A stretch of DNA of 64,000 bases from Gemmatimonadales bacterium. Its GTDB lineage: Bacteria > Gemmatimonadota > Gemmatimonadetes > Gemmatimonadales > GWC2-71-9. Below the pieces are notes generated by a model. The model did no database searches and had not been told where the DNA came from. It saw nothing but the letters and a program-made list of their open reading frames with translations. Positions 9,706 to 19,721 of the stretch are shown here, one piece after another. Where the stretch lies: contig DASYEH010000012.1 of the NCBI GenBank assembly GCA_036499125.1, forward strand, positions 26,275 through 90,274, read 5' to 3'. A program made the translations under genes and the position numbers. The stretch's first letter is position 1. Every line of letters begins with the position of its first letter.

Positions 9706-11568
9706 TCACACCTGCTCCGGTTCGAGCCGCCAGTGCGCATCACTCCGCCAGAGCGCCGAGAGCACCAGCTCGCGCATCCACATGAACTCCTGCGGCAACC
9801 GATCGTACAGCTTCTCGAACAGTTCGCGGTGTGACAACAGTTCGCCCTTCCACTGCTCGCGGTCGACCGACATCAACGCCAGGAAGGTGGCTTTCGGGAA
9901 ATCGATGCCCTTCCAGTTGAGGTCTTCGTAGCGCGGCATCCAGCCGATCGGGCTTTCGATCCCGGCGGCGTGTCCGCGCACTCGACCCACGATCCATTCG
10001 AGCACTCGCATGTTCTGGCCGAAGCCGGGCCAGATGAACTTTCCGTCGCCATCCTTGCGAAACCAGTTGACGCAGAAAATGCGCGGCGGTTCGCTCAAGC
10101 CGCGGCCGATCTGCAGCCAGTGATTGAAATAGTCGCCCATGTGGTAGCCGCAGAACGGCAGCATCGCAAACGGGTCTCGGCGGACATGGCCGACTGCACC
10201 TGCGGCGGCGGCAGTCGTCTCCGATCCGATGGTTGCGCCCAGGTAGACGCCGAAGTTCCAGTTGAATGCCTGATACACCAGCGGCACGGTGGTGGCGCGC
10301 CGGCCGCCAAAGACGAATGCTGAAATTGTCACGCCAGCCGGGTCTTCCCAGGCCGGATCGATCGACGGGCATTGGGAAGCCGGTGCGGTGAATCGGGCAT
10401 TGGGATGGGCGGCCGGTGTCGTGCTCGCCGGGGTCCACGGGTTGCCGCGCCAATCGGTGAGATGGGCCGGGACATCCTTCGTCATGCCTTCCCACCACAC
10501 GTCGTTGTCTGGCGTCAGCGCAACGTTGGTGAAGATGCTGTTTTTCGCCATCGTGTCCATGGCGTTCGGGTTGGTGTCATACGAGGTGCCCGGTGCGACG
10601 CCGAAATATCCGGCTTCAGGGTTGATCGCGTGCAATCGCCCATCGGCACCGGGCCGGATCCACGCGATGTCATCACCCACCGTGGTGACTTTCCAGCCAT
10701 CGTAGCCTGCCGGCGGGATGAGCATCGCGAAATTGGTCTTGCCGCAGGCACTGGGAAATCCGGCAGCGACGTACGTCTTCTCGCCGGCCGGACTTTCAAC
10801 GCCGAGAATCAGCGTGTGCTCAGCCATCCACCCTTCGTCGCGTCCCATGGTCGACGCGATCCGCAGTGCGAAGCACTTCTTGCCGAGCAGCGCGTTGCCG
10901 CCATAGCCCGACCCGTATGACCAGATCTCGCGGTCCTCGGGAAAATGCACGATGTATTTCTGGTCGGCATTGCATGGCCACGACACGTCCTGTTCGCCGG
11001 GGGCGAGCGGCTTGCCGACCGAATGCATGCACGGGACAAAATCGCCGTCCCCCAGCGCCGCCAGGACCTGGCGTCCCATCCGCGTCATGATCCGCATGTT
11101 GACGACGACGTACGGCGAATCACTGATCTCGACGCCGATATACGACAGCGGTGAACCGACCGGGCCCATCGAGAACGGAATCACGTACATGGTGCGCCCG
11201 CGCATGCAGCCGTCAAAGAGGCCGGTCAACGTCTCGCGCATTTCGCGCGGGTCGACCCAGTTGTTGGTCGGGCCAGCGTCCTGCTTGCGTTGCGAACAGA
11301 TGAAGGTGCGGTCTTCGACCCGGGCCACATCCTTGGGGTCAGACCAGGCCAGATACGAGTTGGGGCGCTTCACCGGGTCGAGTCGCTTGAGCATGCCGGT
11401 GCCGACCATGGCGTTGCACAAGGTGTCGTATTCCTCCTGCGACCCATCGCACCAGTGGATGCGATCCGGCCGGGTGAGCTGGGCCATCTGGCGCACCCAT
11501 TCCACCAGGCGTGGCTGTTGCACCCATTCGGGCGTGGACAGATCCGGGGTCGAAGCAGTCGCGGTCAT
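9706..11568 (-). CDS. pckG: Phosphoenolpyruvate carboxykinase (GTP)
   Basis: About 620 aa with typical GTP-PEPCK blocks ([24 protein letters not shown]). ATG 11568 is preceded by GGAG with a 5-nt spacer. The track start, GTG 11589, is an alternative. Confidence 0.9.
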   Translation of the reverse strand: MTATASTPDLSTPEWVQQPRLVEWVRQMAQLTRPDRIHWCDGSQEEYDTLCNAMVGTGMLKRLDPVKRPNSYLAWSDPKDVARVEDRTFICSQRKQDAGPTNNWVDPREMRETLTGLFDGCMRGRTMYVIPFSMGPVGSPLSYIGVEISDSPYVVVNMRIMTRMGRQVLAALGDGDFVPCMHSVGKPLAPGEQDVSWPCNADQKYIVHFPEDREIWSYGSGYGGNALLGKKCFALRIASTMGRDEGWMAEHTLILGVESPAGEKTYVAAGFPSACGKTNFAMLIPPAGYDGWKVTTVGDDIAWIRPGADGRLHAINPEAGYFGVAPGTSYDTNPNAMDTMAKNSIFTNVALTPDNDVWWEGMTKDVPAHLTDWRGNPWTPASTTPAAHPNARFTAPASQCPSIDPAWEDPAGVTISAFVFGGRRATTVPLVYQAFNWNFGVYLGATIGSETTAAAAGAVGHVRRDPFAMLPFCGYHMGDYFNHWLQIGRGLSEPPRIFCVNWFRKDGDGKFIWPGFGQNMRVLEWIVGRVRGHAAGIESPIGWMPRYEDLNWKGIDFPKATFLALMSVDREQWKGELLSHRELFEKLYDRLPQEFMWMRELVLSALWRSDAHWRLEPEQV

Positions 11569-11670
11569 CGGTTCTCCATTGCGGGTCACAACACCGGGGT
11601 GACCGGTGCCGAAATCTCAAGATGGCAGATTAGAACGGTGGCGGCAAACCGTCGCCGCTGAGTGACGTCC

Positions 11671-12312
11671 TCACGGGCGCGGCCCCAGCGTGACGTTGGC
11701 GGGCACATGGTACGCCGTGACGGCCGTTTCACGGTCGTTGGTACTGATGCTGTCGACCAATGGATTGGCAAACATGATGTCGCTGTTGAACGGCGAATGG
11801 GCCAGCAAGCCGAGCGAGTGCCCCAGCTCGTGCGTCAGTGTCAGGCTGTAACAGGGAAGCAGCTGCGGATTCGACGTGATGACATTGGCCGAGATGTAGG
11901 TGTGGATCGGCAAGGTGTACACATGTGTCGCGAAGCTGGGTGCTTCGGTCAAACCCGTGCACTGGGCCGCGAACGCGGGCAACCCATCGGCGGCGCGCAG
12001 CAGCGAGCTGCCATCGACCGCCAGCACGATCACGTCGGCATGGGTGGAATCGGTCACCAGCTGGGCCGAGTATTCACCATAGAGGAAAACCGACTCCCAG
12101 CGGCGGACCGCCTGCTCAACGTACGGCTTGAGCACGCTGGTATCCGCCACCCAGATCCGCACCGGCAGGCGGGCTCGCGGCCAATGAAAATAGAGCGTGT
12201 CGGTGCCGGCGCCGTTCACCAAGCCGTACTGATAGACACTCACCAGCGCGGGTGACTCGATGCTGCCACACGCTGCCAGCGCCACCAGCGCAAAGAGGGC
12301 GATCCACCGCAT
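11671..12312 (-). CDS. Putative zinc-metalloprotease lipoprotein (HExxH)
   Basis: Lipoprotein signal MRWIALFALVALAAC. Has a THELGHSLGLLAHS motif, which is HExxHxxG with the third His one residue further than the classical metzincin spacing. Confidence 0.5.
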   Translation of the reverse strand: MRWIALFALVALAACGSIESPALVSVYQYGLVNGAGTDTLYFHWPRARLPVRIWVADTSVLKPYVEQAVRRWESVFLYGEYSAQLVTDSTHADVIVLAVDGSSLLRAADGLPAFAAQCTGLTEAPSFATHVYTLPIHTYISANVITSNPQLLPCYSLTLTHELGHSLGLLAHSPFNSDIMFANPLVDSISTNDRETAVTAYHVPANVTLGPRP

Positions 12313-12923
12313 CAGAAGCTCCTTTCCACGCCGACATGCAGGCCGAACCGCTCGACGGCCTGACTGCGCGCGTAACCGCGGAGTCGCAATTCATCGGTTG
12401 AGAACTCGTGACTGTCGACCCGGGCCGCGATCAGGAGGCTCATGCCCGGACTCAGCGGATGGTGCCATGTCAGTCCGGCGGCGAGCAGCCAGCAGCGGGC
12501 GCTCCCCGACTGAAAGACCCCGACATCCTCGCTGGGGAGGTAGAACAGGGCGCCGCCGCCAACTTCCCAGCGGATTTCGTCGCGTAGTGCGCCTTCGATC
12601 ATCAGCGTCGCATCGATCATCGTCACCGTCGTGAGTGTGCCGGTTTCGTTGCTGCTGTTGTCAGTGACGTTGACCGCTCCCCGGCTGACATCCGTCTGCA
12701 GGCGCAGGCGGTAGGCGGAACGTCCGCTGAGCGGGAAGGCGATGCCGACTCCAACGCTCGGCGCGATCGCCGGCTGTAGCGTGGTATTGAGGACGCCGTC
12801 CTTGATCAGCGCGGAGCTGGCGAAGGCGCCACCAGTGAGTGAGACCGCCAATTGGGCTCCGGCCGGGCGGGCGACCAGCAGGAGTCCGCTCGCGACTGCA
12901 AGCAGGGCGCCGCCGCGCACCAC
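12312..12923 (-). CDS. Outer-membrane beta-barrel protein (small porin/OmpW-like), putative
   Basis: Start reassigned to GTG 12923, giving the signal peptide VVRGGALLAVASGLLLVARPAGAQ. Shows an alternating beta-strand pattern and a C-terminal ...VGVERSF with terminal Phe. Confidence 0.5.
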   Translation of the reverse strand: MVRGGALLAVASGLLLVARPAGAQLAVSLTGGAFASSALIKDGVLNTTLQPAIAPSVGVGIAFPLSGRSAYRLRLQTDVSRGAVNVTDNSSNETGTLTTVTMIDATLMIEGALRDEIRWEVGGGALFYLPSEDVGVFQSGSARCWLLAAGLTWHHPLSPGMSLLIAARVDSHEFSTDELRLRGYARSQAVERFGLHVGVERSF

Positions 12924-12924
12924 G

Positions 12925-13839
12925 TCAGGCCACCATCGCGCGCAGCAGCGCGAGCATGCGTCGGTCATTGGTCACCTCGTCGTCATCGCCCTTGGGCGTT
13001 TCGAGAATCTTGGGAATCGTGGCGAACCGGGCATCGGTCATCAGCCGGCGGAATGGTGCGGGTCCGAGCGAACCCTCGCCGATCAACTCGTGGCGATCCT
13101 TATGGGACGCAAACGGTGTCTTGGAGTCATTGAGGTGCAGGCACGCAAGGTGCTCCAGGCCAATGACGCGGTCCCACGCTTGCCAGACGCCGTCAAAATC
13201 GTTGACGAGGTCGTAACCGGCGCTGTAGAGATGGCAGGTGTCGGCACAGTACGCCACCCGGTGGCGGACATCGTCAGCTACCTGGTCGCGGATGGTACGC
13301 AGTTCCTCGAACGAACGGCCCAGCACCGTGCCGGTGCCCGCGGTGGCTTCCAGGAAGACCCGGACCTGACCGGGCACCTTCCGCAATGCGTCAGTGATTC
13401 CTGCGGCGTTGCGTTCGAGCCCGGCGTCGTGATCATCGATGTAGTTGCCCGGGTGCGACACGATCCCGTTCAGTCCCAGGGCCTCGGATCGTTGCAGTTC
13501 GCCGCCAAAGGCGTCGATCGACCTGGCCCGCAGGACCGGGTCCGGGGAGGCCAGGTTGATCAGGTATGAATCGTGCGAGACCACAATCTCAACGGGATGC
13601 GTATCGCGGGCCCGCCGGAACCCATCGGCGACCTCCGGACCCACGACCGGCTCCCGCCACATGTTGGGCGTCTTGGTAAAAATCTGGATGGCCGTGGCCC
13701 CAATGGCCGCCCCGCGAGCCGGGGCCGTCGCTGGTCCGCCCGCCGTGGACACATGCGCACCAAGCAGTTCCGGCGTCACCGCGAAAGCGGCCGCCGCCTT
13801 TTCCTGACGAGGTTTCGTGGCAGAAGTGGCCCGCTTCAT
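12925..13839 (-). CDS. nfo: Endonuclease IV (AP endonuclease family 2)
   Basis: Blocks GAHVSTAGG, VSHDSYLINLAS, IVSHPGNY, FLEATAGTGT, CADTCHLYSAGYD and HLNDSK align by eye with E. coli Nfo. ATG 13839 is preceded by GGAGG. Confidence 0.85.
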   Translation of the reverse strand: MKRATSATKPRQEKAAAAFAVTPELLGAHVSTAGGPATAPARGAAIGATAIQIFTKTPNMWREPVVGPEVADGFRRARDTHPVEIVVSHDSYLINLASPDPVLRARSIDAFGGELQRSEALGLNGIVSHPGNYIDDHDAGLERNAAGITDALRKVPGQVRVFLEATAGTGTVLGRSFEELRTIRDQVADDVRHRVAYCADTCHLYSAGYDLVNDFDGVWQAWDRVIGLEHLACLHLNDSKTPFASHKDRHELIGEGSLGPAPFRRLMTDARFATIPKILETPKGDDDEVTNDRRMLALLRAMVA

Positions 13840-15283
13840 CGAGTCCTCCGGAACGGCAGCTCGCCCTGGTCCCAAGACCCGGGCGGCCCGTCCGCTGATT
13901 GTCCTGTTCGGCGACCATGCGGCGCGTCCCGAAGGGCTGGAGCGTGATCTGCTCCGGGCCGGCTTTCAGGTCGCCGAGGCCGATGATATCGAGAACCTCC
14001 CCGGCCGGCCGGCTCTCGTTGTGGCAACTTGCACTACCCTCGCCGGCGACGATACCCAACTGAACGAAGCCTTTTCATCCGCCCGGTCCACCGGCGCCCA
14101 GGTCGTGGTCCTGATTCGGGACGGCGAGCCGGAAGACATGATCCGGGCGGCCGAAGCGGGCGCCGACGAGTCGATCCTGCTGCCGATCGAAGGGCCGCTG
14201 CTGGTGACCCGCCTTCGGGCCCGTCTTGTCGCCCCACGGATGCTCCTTCATGGCCCTGGCGGGAGCGACCTCAAGCTCTTCGAGATCCTCCAGGAAGTGG
14301 CCACTGAGCTCCACCGCGACGAGATGCTCCACGCCCTCGTCCGCTCCCTCGGCGCCGCCCTCGACATCAGTTCCGTGAGCTGCGTGCTCCACTCCACCGG
14401 CAGCTCCACCGGTCGTCTGGTGGCCGCCACCGACGCCCCCAAGGTTCGCGACATCGACGTCGACCTCGAGCGGTGGCCCGACGCCGTTGCCGCCCTCGCA
14501 AGTGGGGAAACTATCCTCGTTCGCGACGCGATTGCCTCTCCACTCTTTCAAAGTGTGGCGTCGCGAAGTGCAACGGGTGCTCCCGGCGCCGAGCTTGATA
14601 CCGCTGCTGCGGTTCCCCTCTCGCTGCTCGGTCGACCGATCGGTAGCGTGGTCCTGCGCACCCGTCGTGGCGAGACGCCAATCGGCCCAGGCTCGGTGAC
14701 CTTCGCTGAACTGGCGGTCAAGGCCACCTCGCGCCTCATGGAAGCGGATGACCGCCGCAATGCGATTTCGCGGCGTCAGGCGCTGGCCGCTCACGTCGAT
14801 CCGCTCACCGGTTGCGGTACCCTCGACGCGCTCGACCGTCGGATTCGCGAGGAATTCGAACGCGCCCGCCGCTACGACGTGACCTTCGCCCTGGTGCTGC
14901 TGGATGTTGACGGCATGCGCCTGATCAACGAACGCCTTGGCCGCGACGGCGGTCACCGCGTGCTCGCCGACCTCGGCCGCCTGCTGCAGCGCGAACTCCG
15001 CGCACCAGATTTTGTCGCCCGTTACGGCGGCGAGGAGTTCCTGCTCCTGTTGCCCGAAACTGACGTTGACGGCGCGCGCCTGACGGTCAATCGTATCCGC
15101 GAGAAGCTGGGACCAGCCGGACTCGGGGAATTGCACCTCGGCGTTCGCTGCCGGCTGACTGGCGGCGTTGCCACCTATCCGCACCCCGGTGTGCACAAGC
15201 CCGAGGACATGTTTGCGATGGTCGAGCAGGCGTTACTGCTTGGCAAGGCGCAGGATGTCGAACGGATCGGCAGCGCGGCCTAG
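13817..15283 (+). CDS. Diguanylate cyclase (GGDEF) with degenerate receiver-like and GAF-like N-terminal regions
   Basis: Active site RYGGEEFLLLL with an I-site RAPD five residues upstream. The N-terminal CheY-like fold lacks the acidic pocket residues. The start is uncertain, because GTG 13817 would overlap the nfo start in antisense. Confidence 0.8.
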   Translation: MAEVARFIESSGTAARPGPKTRAARPLIVLFGDHAARPEGLERDLLRAGFQVAEADDIENLPGRPALVVATCTTLAGDDTQLNEAFSSARSTGAQVVVLIRDGEPEDMIRAAEAGADESILLPIEGPLLVTRLRARLVAPRMLLHGPGGSDLKLFEILQEVATELHRDEMLHALVRSLGAALDISSVSCVLHSTGSSTGRLVAATDAPKVRDIDVDLERWPDAVAALASGETILVRDAIASPLFQSVASRSATGAPGAELDTAAAVPLSLLGRPIGSVVLRTRRGETPIGPGSVTFAELAVKATSRLMEADDRRNAISRRQALAAHVDPLTGCGTLDALDRRIREEFERARRYDVTFALVLLDVDGMRLINERLGRDGGHRVLADLGRLLQRELRAPDFVARYGGEEFLLLLPETDVDGARLTVNRIREKLGPAGLGELHLGVRCRLTGGVATYPHPGVHKPEDMFAMVEQALLLGKAQDVERIGSAA

Positions 15284-16485
15284 TCCCCGCTGCGCCGCTT
15301 CAACCACGCGATCGGATCGAGCGCGATCTGGTTGCTGCCACGAATCTCGAAATAGAGGTGCGGTCCCTGCGGCGTGTTCTGGCCGCCCATTGTACCGACG
15401 ACGGCATCACGGGCGACTTCCTGGCCGACCTTGACGCTGGCGCTCTGGAGCTGCCAGTACAACGAGAAATATCCATTGCCGTGCTGCAGGATCACGCCGA
15501 GGCCATAGGTCGATAGCCGCTGGACAACGACGACCTTACCGGCAGCGACTGCCTTGATCGGCGTACCGACTGCGGCCTTGATCCCGATGCCGGTCCAACG
15601 GACCACGCCACCTTCCGGCAACGTATCCGGTCCGAAGTTGAAGATGATCTTGCCGTCGACCGGCCAGTCGAGCTTGCCGATGTCGCTGGTAGAAATGGTT
15701 GCCGCATCGCCCGGCGCGTTGACGGTTTCCGGGCGTGCGGCGCGCGCGGCCGCCGCGGCGCGTTCGTTCTTGGCCAGCGTCGCCAGCAACGCGGTGATTG
15801 ACGCTTCATCTTTTTCTGCGGCCGTCAGTTTCTGCTTGGTCTGCTGCGATGTCGTCTGCAGCTGGGCCAGTCGCGTCTGGCTCTGATCCGCCAGCTTGGC
15901 GTAATGATCGACCTCGGCCTGCCGCTCTTCCTTGCGTTGGTCGAGCTGGCTGCGCACGCCGAGCAGAGTGTTGCGCTCGCGCTGAACATTGTCCGTCAGG
16001 CTGGTGACGTCGTCCACCAGCCGACGATCCTGTCGCGAGGTGAGGTAGAGATACTTGTAGCGCGTCAGGAGCTCGCCAAACGATTCGGCAGAGAGCAGCA
16101 CTTGAAAGGTGTAGAGCGGGCCACGTCGGTAGATGTCGGCCAGGCGGCGCTGGAGCACCGCCTTGCGGTCGGCCAGGTTGTCCTGCGCCAGGGTCAGTTC
16201 GGCGGCGGAATGATCGAGCTGTGACCCGAGCCCGCTGATCTGTTCTTCAATGATGTTCACCAGCTGATTGGTCGCTTCGCGCTGGCGCTCGAGGTTGCGA
16301 AGGGTTGCGCCGACATCGTTGACCTGCCCTTGCAGCCGCAGTTCCTGTCGCTCCAGCGCTTGGCGTTCCTGCCGGATTTCGTCAAGCCGCCGGCGCGATT
16401 GTTCCACGTCAGCCGGCTGTTGTGCCTGAAGTCGCCAGGCGCCGCATGCCACCAGGGAGAGCAGGAGAAGGTGCCGGTGTTTCAC
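15280..16485 (-). CDS. envC: EnvC-like murein hydrolase activator (coiled coil + degenerate LytM/M23 domain)
   Basis: Start reassigned to GTG 16485, which overlaps the ftsX stop and has GAGGAAGG upstream. Has the signal peptide KHRHLLLLSLVACGAWRLQAQQ and a long Q/E/R/L coiled coil. The M23 fold has WTGIGI instead of HxGxD and PHLYFEI instead of HLHFE. Confidence 0.75.
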   Translation of the reverse strand: MKHRHLLLLSLVACGAWRLQAQQPADVEQSRRRLDEIRQERQALERQELRLQGQVNDVGATLRNLERQREATNQLVNIIEEQISGLGSQLDHSAAELTLAQDNLADRKAVLQRRLADIYRRGPLYTFQVLLSAESFGELLTRYKYLYLTSRQDRRLVDDVTSLTDNVQRERNTLLGVRSQLDQRKEERQAEVDHYAKLADQSQTRLAQLQTTSQQTKQKLTAAEKDEASITALLATLAKNERAAAAARAARPETVNAPGDAATISTSDIGKLDWPVDGKIIFNFGPDTLPEGGVVRWTGIGIKAAVGTPIKAVAAGKVVVVQRLSTYGLGVILQHGNGYFSLYWQLQSASVKVGQEVARDAVVGTMGGQNTPQGPHLYFEIRGSNQIALDPIAWLKRRSGD

Positions 16486-17351
16486 ACCTTCCTCAGGTGC
16501 CGCCCGACACTCACCAGCGAGCCGACGAAGCCGAGCGCGACGCCGAACGCCACCAGCAGCACGGCCTCGCCGAAGTTGAAGAAGCCAAGGCCCATGCCGA
16601 ATCCCATCCCCTGCGCCTTGAACGCAGCGAACACGATGCCGCACAGCCCCAGGGCCAGCGCGCCGCCCAACGCCCCCTTGATCGCACCCTCGACCAGGAA
16701 CGGGCCGCGGATGAACCAGTCGGTCGCGCCGACCAGTCGCATGATGTGGATTTCGCGCGCGCGCTGCAGCACGGTGATCCGGATCGTCACGCCGGTGATC
16801 ACGATCGACACCAGCGCAAAGGCAACGCCGATCGCCAAACCGACCAGCCCGGCGATGTCGCGCAGCGAGTCCAGTCGCTTGACCCACTCTTGCCCATACT
16901 TGACTTCATCCACGAAATCGAATCCGCGCAACCGTTCGGCAACCGCCGCGGCGTGGGCGCCATCGCGAAACTGCGGCTTGAGGGTGAGCTCGATCGACGG
17001 CGGCAGCGGATTGACCTCGAGATCCTTGTAGACATCCTGGAACTCGGTCAACTCGTGCTGGGCGCGCAGCAGGGCCTGCGCTTCCGAGACATACTGCACG
17101 TCGAGCACTTCCGGGAACACGGAGATGTCGGCCATCGCCGCCGTGATCTGCTGGCTCGGCGTGTCGCGCTTGATGAATGCCACGACCTGCACCCGCTCGG
17201 CGACGTCCCGGATGGCCGTCCGCAGGTTGAGCGCGACCAGGCCGAACAGCCCGAGTACGAAGAGAGCGAAGGCCACCGTCGTCACCGAGAGTGCCGACAG
17301 CGTGCTGGTGCGCTTGAAGGAGAGCAGCGCCTCGCGGGTGACGAGATTCAC
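16482..17351 (-). CDS. ftsX: Cell-division ABC transporter permease FtsX
   Basis: 289 aa with a 4-TM FtsX topology and a periplasmic loop. GTG start overlaps the ftsE stop (GTGA). Confidence 0.85.
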   Translation of the reverse strand: MNLVTREALLSFKRTSTLSALSVTTVAFALFVLGLFGLVALNLRTAIRDVAERVQVVAFIKRDTPSQQITAAMADISVFPEVLDVQYVSEAQALLRAQHELTEFQDVYKDLEVNPLPPSIELTLKPQFRDGAHAAAVAERLRGFDFVDEVKYGQEWVKRLDSLRDIAGLVGLAIGVAFALVSIVITGVTIRITVLQRAREIHIMRLVGATDWFIRGPFLVEGAIKGALGGALALGLCGIVFAAFKAQGMGFGMGLGFFNFGEAVLLVAFGVALGFVGSLVSVGRHLRKV

Positions 17352-18034
17352 CAGGAGTCCGTGGCGTCGGCCGCCGAGTCAAAAACCAGTCGACCGTCAC
17401 GCATTTCGAGCGTGCGCTTGCTGGCGTGCCGCACAAGATCGAGGTCATGGGTTGCCATCACCACGACCGTGCCAGCGGTATTGATGTCGCACAGCAGTTG
17501 AAAGACACCGCGCGTGGCGCGTTCATCGAGGTTGCCGGTGGGTTCATCCGCGAGCAGTACCGGTGGATCGTTGACCAGCGCGCGTGCGATCGCAACCCGC
17601 TGTTGTTCGCCGCCGGAGAGCTCACGCGGAAAGGCATCGGCCTTCATGGCGAGCCCCACCTGGTCGAGCACGCGCGCCACGCGGGCCGGAATCACGTCCG
17701 TGCGCGCGCCCGTCACCTCGAGTGCAAAGGCGACATTCTCGGCGGCCGTCCGGTCTTCGAGGAGACGAAAATCCTGGAAGACAATCCCCAGCCGCCGGCG
17801 CAATCGCGGCACTTCTTCGCGGGACAGCGCGGCGATGCCGAATCCCGACACGCGGACATCGCCGCTGGTCGGCCGCTCTTCGGCGTACATCATCTTGAGC
17901 AGGGTCGTCTTGCCGGCGCCGGAATGGCCGGTCAGGAAGACAAATTCCGCGCGGCCGATATGAAAGGAGACATCGTGCAGTGCCGCATCGGTCCCGGTCG
18001 GGTATTGCTTGGTGACGTTCATGAACCGGATCAC
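17348..18034 (-). CDS. ftsE: Cell-division ATP-binding protein FtsE
   Basis: [12 protein letters not shown]-terminus, as in E. coli FtsE. Walker [10 protein letters not shown], signature LSGGEQQR and Walker [12 protein letters not shown]. Confidence 0.9.
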   Translation of the reverse strand: MIRFMNVTKQYPTGTDAALHDVSFHIGRAEFVFLTGHSGAGKTTLLKMMYAEERPTSGDVRVSGFGIAALSREEVPRLRRRLGIVFQDFRLLEDRTAAENVAFALEVTGARTDVIPARVARVLDQVGLAMKADAFPRELSGGEQQRVAIARALVNDPPVLLADEPTGNLDERATRGVFQLLCDINTAGTVVVMATHDLDLVRHASKRTLEMRDGRLVFDSAADATDSW

Positions 18035-19179
18035 TGCAGGGCACCCGCCAGGTCACGGATCAGGTCGTCGGCGTCCTCGCAGCCGCAGGAGAGGCGGAGG
18101 AACCCGTCCGGCACACCCTGTGCGGCGCGATCCTTGGCCGAGAGCGGCTTGTGCGATGTCAGCCGTGGCTCGGAAATCAGCGATTCGACACCGGCCAGCG
18201 ACGGCGCGTGAGTGATCAGCTGCAACCGTTCAACGACTCGCTGCGAGGCGGCGGCGCCACCAGCGAGGACCAGGCCGACCATGCCGCCGTAGCCGTCGAG
18301 CAGGTCAGTCGCGAGCCGGTGATCCGGGTGCGACGCGAGACCGGGGTAATGCACTGCTGCGAACGCCGGCTGCGCTGCGGCCCACTTGGCCACTGCCATC
18401 GCGTTCTCGTTGCTGCGAGCGACGCGGAGCGCCATCGTCTTGAGGCCGCGTTCCGTCAGCCACGCCGCGTGCGGATCGATCGACGGACCCCAGGCGCGCA
18501 TCAACCGGGTCACCTCATCGATCACACCGCTGCTCCCGGCGACGGCACCAGCAATCACGTCACTGTGGCCATTCAGGTACTTGGTTGCGCTGGTGATCAC
18601 GAGGTCGGCGCCATGTTCGATCGGCCGGAAGTTGATCGGCGAAGCAAAGGTGGAATCGACCAGCAGCGCGATGCCATGTTCGCGGGCCAGCTTCGCCAGC
18701 GACGGAACATTGAGCACCCGCATCACCGGATTGGTCACGGCTTCGACAAAGATCGCGCGAGTCTGCTTGGTGACGGCCTTGCGCCAGTCACGCGGCTTGT
18801 CGGGATCGACATACGTGATCGTGATGCCGTGCCGGGCAAACTCGGTATCGAACAGCACGCGGGTGCCGCCGTAAATCCAGAGCGAGGAAACCAGGTGGTC
18901 GCCCGGTCGTAACACGGCCAGGTGGGCGAGCGCCGTGGCAGCCATTCCGCTGGCGAGAAAGATCGACGCGCCAGCGCCTTCAAGCAACGCGTATTTCTCG
19001 GCGAGCACGACCTGATTCGGGTTGTTGCCGTACCGAGTGTACAGCACTTCCTCCGTGCTGCCGGGCGGGTTGCGAAAGGTCGTCGTCTGGTAGATCGGCG
19101 TGACCGCCGGGCTCCAATCCGCGCCGGCGTGTGGGGTGCCGTGGATCGCCAGCGTTGACAGTCCAAGTCGTGGAGTCAT
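18031..19179 (-). CDS. Cys/Met-metabolism PLP enzyme (cystathionine gamma-synthase/lyase or methionine gamma-lyase family)
   Basis: Start ATG 19179 (MTPRLGLSTLAIHG) overlaps the upstream stop. PLP-lysine block SATKYLNGHSDV. The C-terminal LRLSCGCED block is typical of the family. Confidence 0.8.
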   Translation of the reverse strand: MTPRLGLSTLAIHGTPHAGADWSPAVTPIYQTTTFRNPPGSTEEVLYTRYGNNPNQVVLAEKYALLEGAGASIFLASGMAATALAHLAVLRPGDHLVSSLWIYGGTRVLFDTEFARHGITITYVDPDKPRDWRKAVTKQTRAIFVEAVTNPVMRVLNVPSLAKLAREHGIALLVDSTFASPINFRPIEHGADLVITSATKYLNGHSDVIAGAVAGSSGVIDEVTRLMRAWGPSIDPHAAWLTERGLKTMALRVARSNENAMAVAKWAAAQPAFAAVHYPGLASHPDHRLATDLLDGYGGMVGLVLAGGAAASQRVVERLQLITHAPSLAGVESLISEPRLTSHKPLSAKDRAAQGVPDGFLRLSCGCEDADDLIRDLAGALQ

Positions 19180-19721
19180 GTGACTGCTCCGATGGCAAAG
19201 GTCGCGTCGGGAAAGGCCACCACGCAGCGATGCCGTGCCAACTCCTGGAGCGCTTCCGTGGCCCGTACCAGTGGCCACGCAAGCGCGGTGGCGAGTGGCC
19301 CGGCCGGTGCCCGGCGCAGCGGTACCAGTGCCTTGAACACGGCCCGGCAGTCATCAGGGGCAGTGCCCAGCAGGCGCGGTTCGGTCGTGCCCGCCAGCAG
19401 TGCGACGACAATCAACCCGTAGCGGGCGAGCGCTGATTCAATGGCCTGGGCGTGATCCTCGCTCACGCCACGCAGCACCACGCGGGGCACCAGCGCATCG
19501 CCGGTCGCGACCAGCAGCTTCGCGATCACTTCATCGGCGCAGGAGAAGTCCATCAGGCCGACCGACGAAAAATCGAGCGCGGCGTCGTCGTCACCCCGCT
19601 CCCGGATCACCGTGATGACCCGGTTGCGGACAGCCGCCCCGGTTGGCCGGGTGAGCAGGTCGCTATACGGCGTGGCGACGGCCTCGCGAAGGACAAGATC
19701 GAGCCGGATGGGCGGGTTCAC
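19176..19721 (-). CDS. STAS-like (DUF4325-type) domain protein with helical C-terminal tail
   Basis: GTG 19721 overlaps the upstream stop (GTGA). The pattern TRPTGAAVRNRV...AALDFSSVGLMDFSCADEVIAKLL resembles the STAS-like DUF4325 family. This is recognised by eye, not searched. Confidence 0.5.
   Translation of the reverse strand: MNPPIRLDLVLREAVATPYSDLLTRPTGAAVRNRVITVIRERGDDDAALDFSSVGLMDFSCADEVIAKLLVATGDALVPRVVLRGVSEDHAQAIESALARYGLIVVALLAGTTEPRLLGTAPDDCRAVFKALVPLRRAPAGPLATALAWPLVRATEALQELARHRCVVAFPDATFAIGAVT

Noticed and set aside
15280-15283. Convergent gene pairs sharing 4 nt at their stops: CTAG at 15280-15283 and 26502-26505, and TTAG at 8463-8466.
   Set aside because: It is real in the sequence but most simply reflects genome compaction and the palindromic TAG/CTA stop. 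No further structure or regulatory signal is visible.
15280-16887. Long N-terminal extensions in the ORF track, for example envC to 16887, corC to 40741, the M28 peptidase to 28758, lepA to 25618 and PP2C from 7516.
   Set aside because: The extensions overlap the well-supported neighbouring genes and encode Arg-rich junk. Internal starts give proper signal peptides or conserved N-termini and classic 1-4-nt stop/start overlaps.
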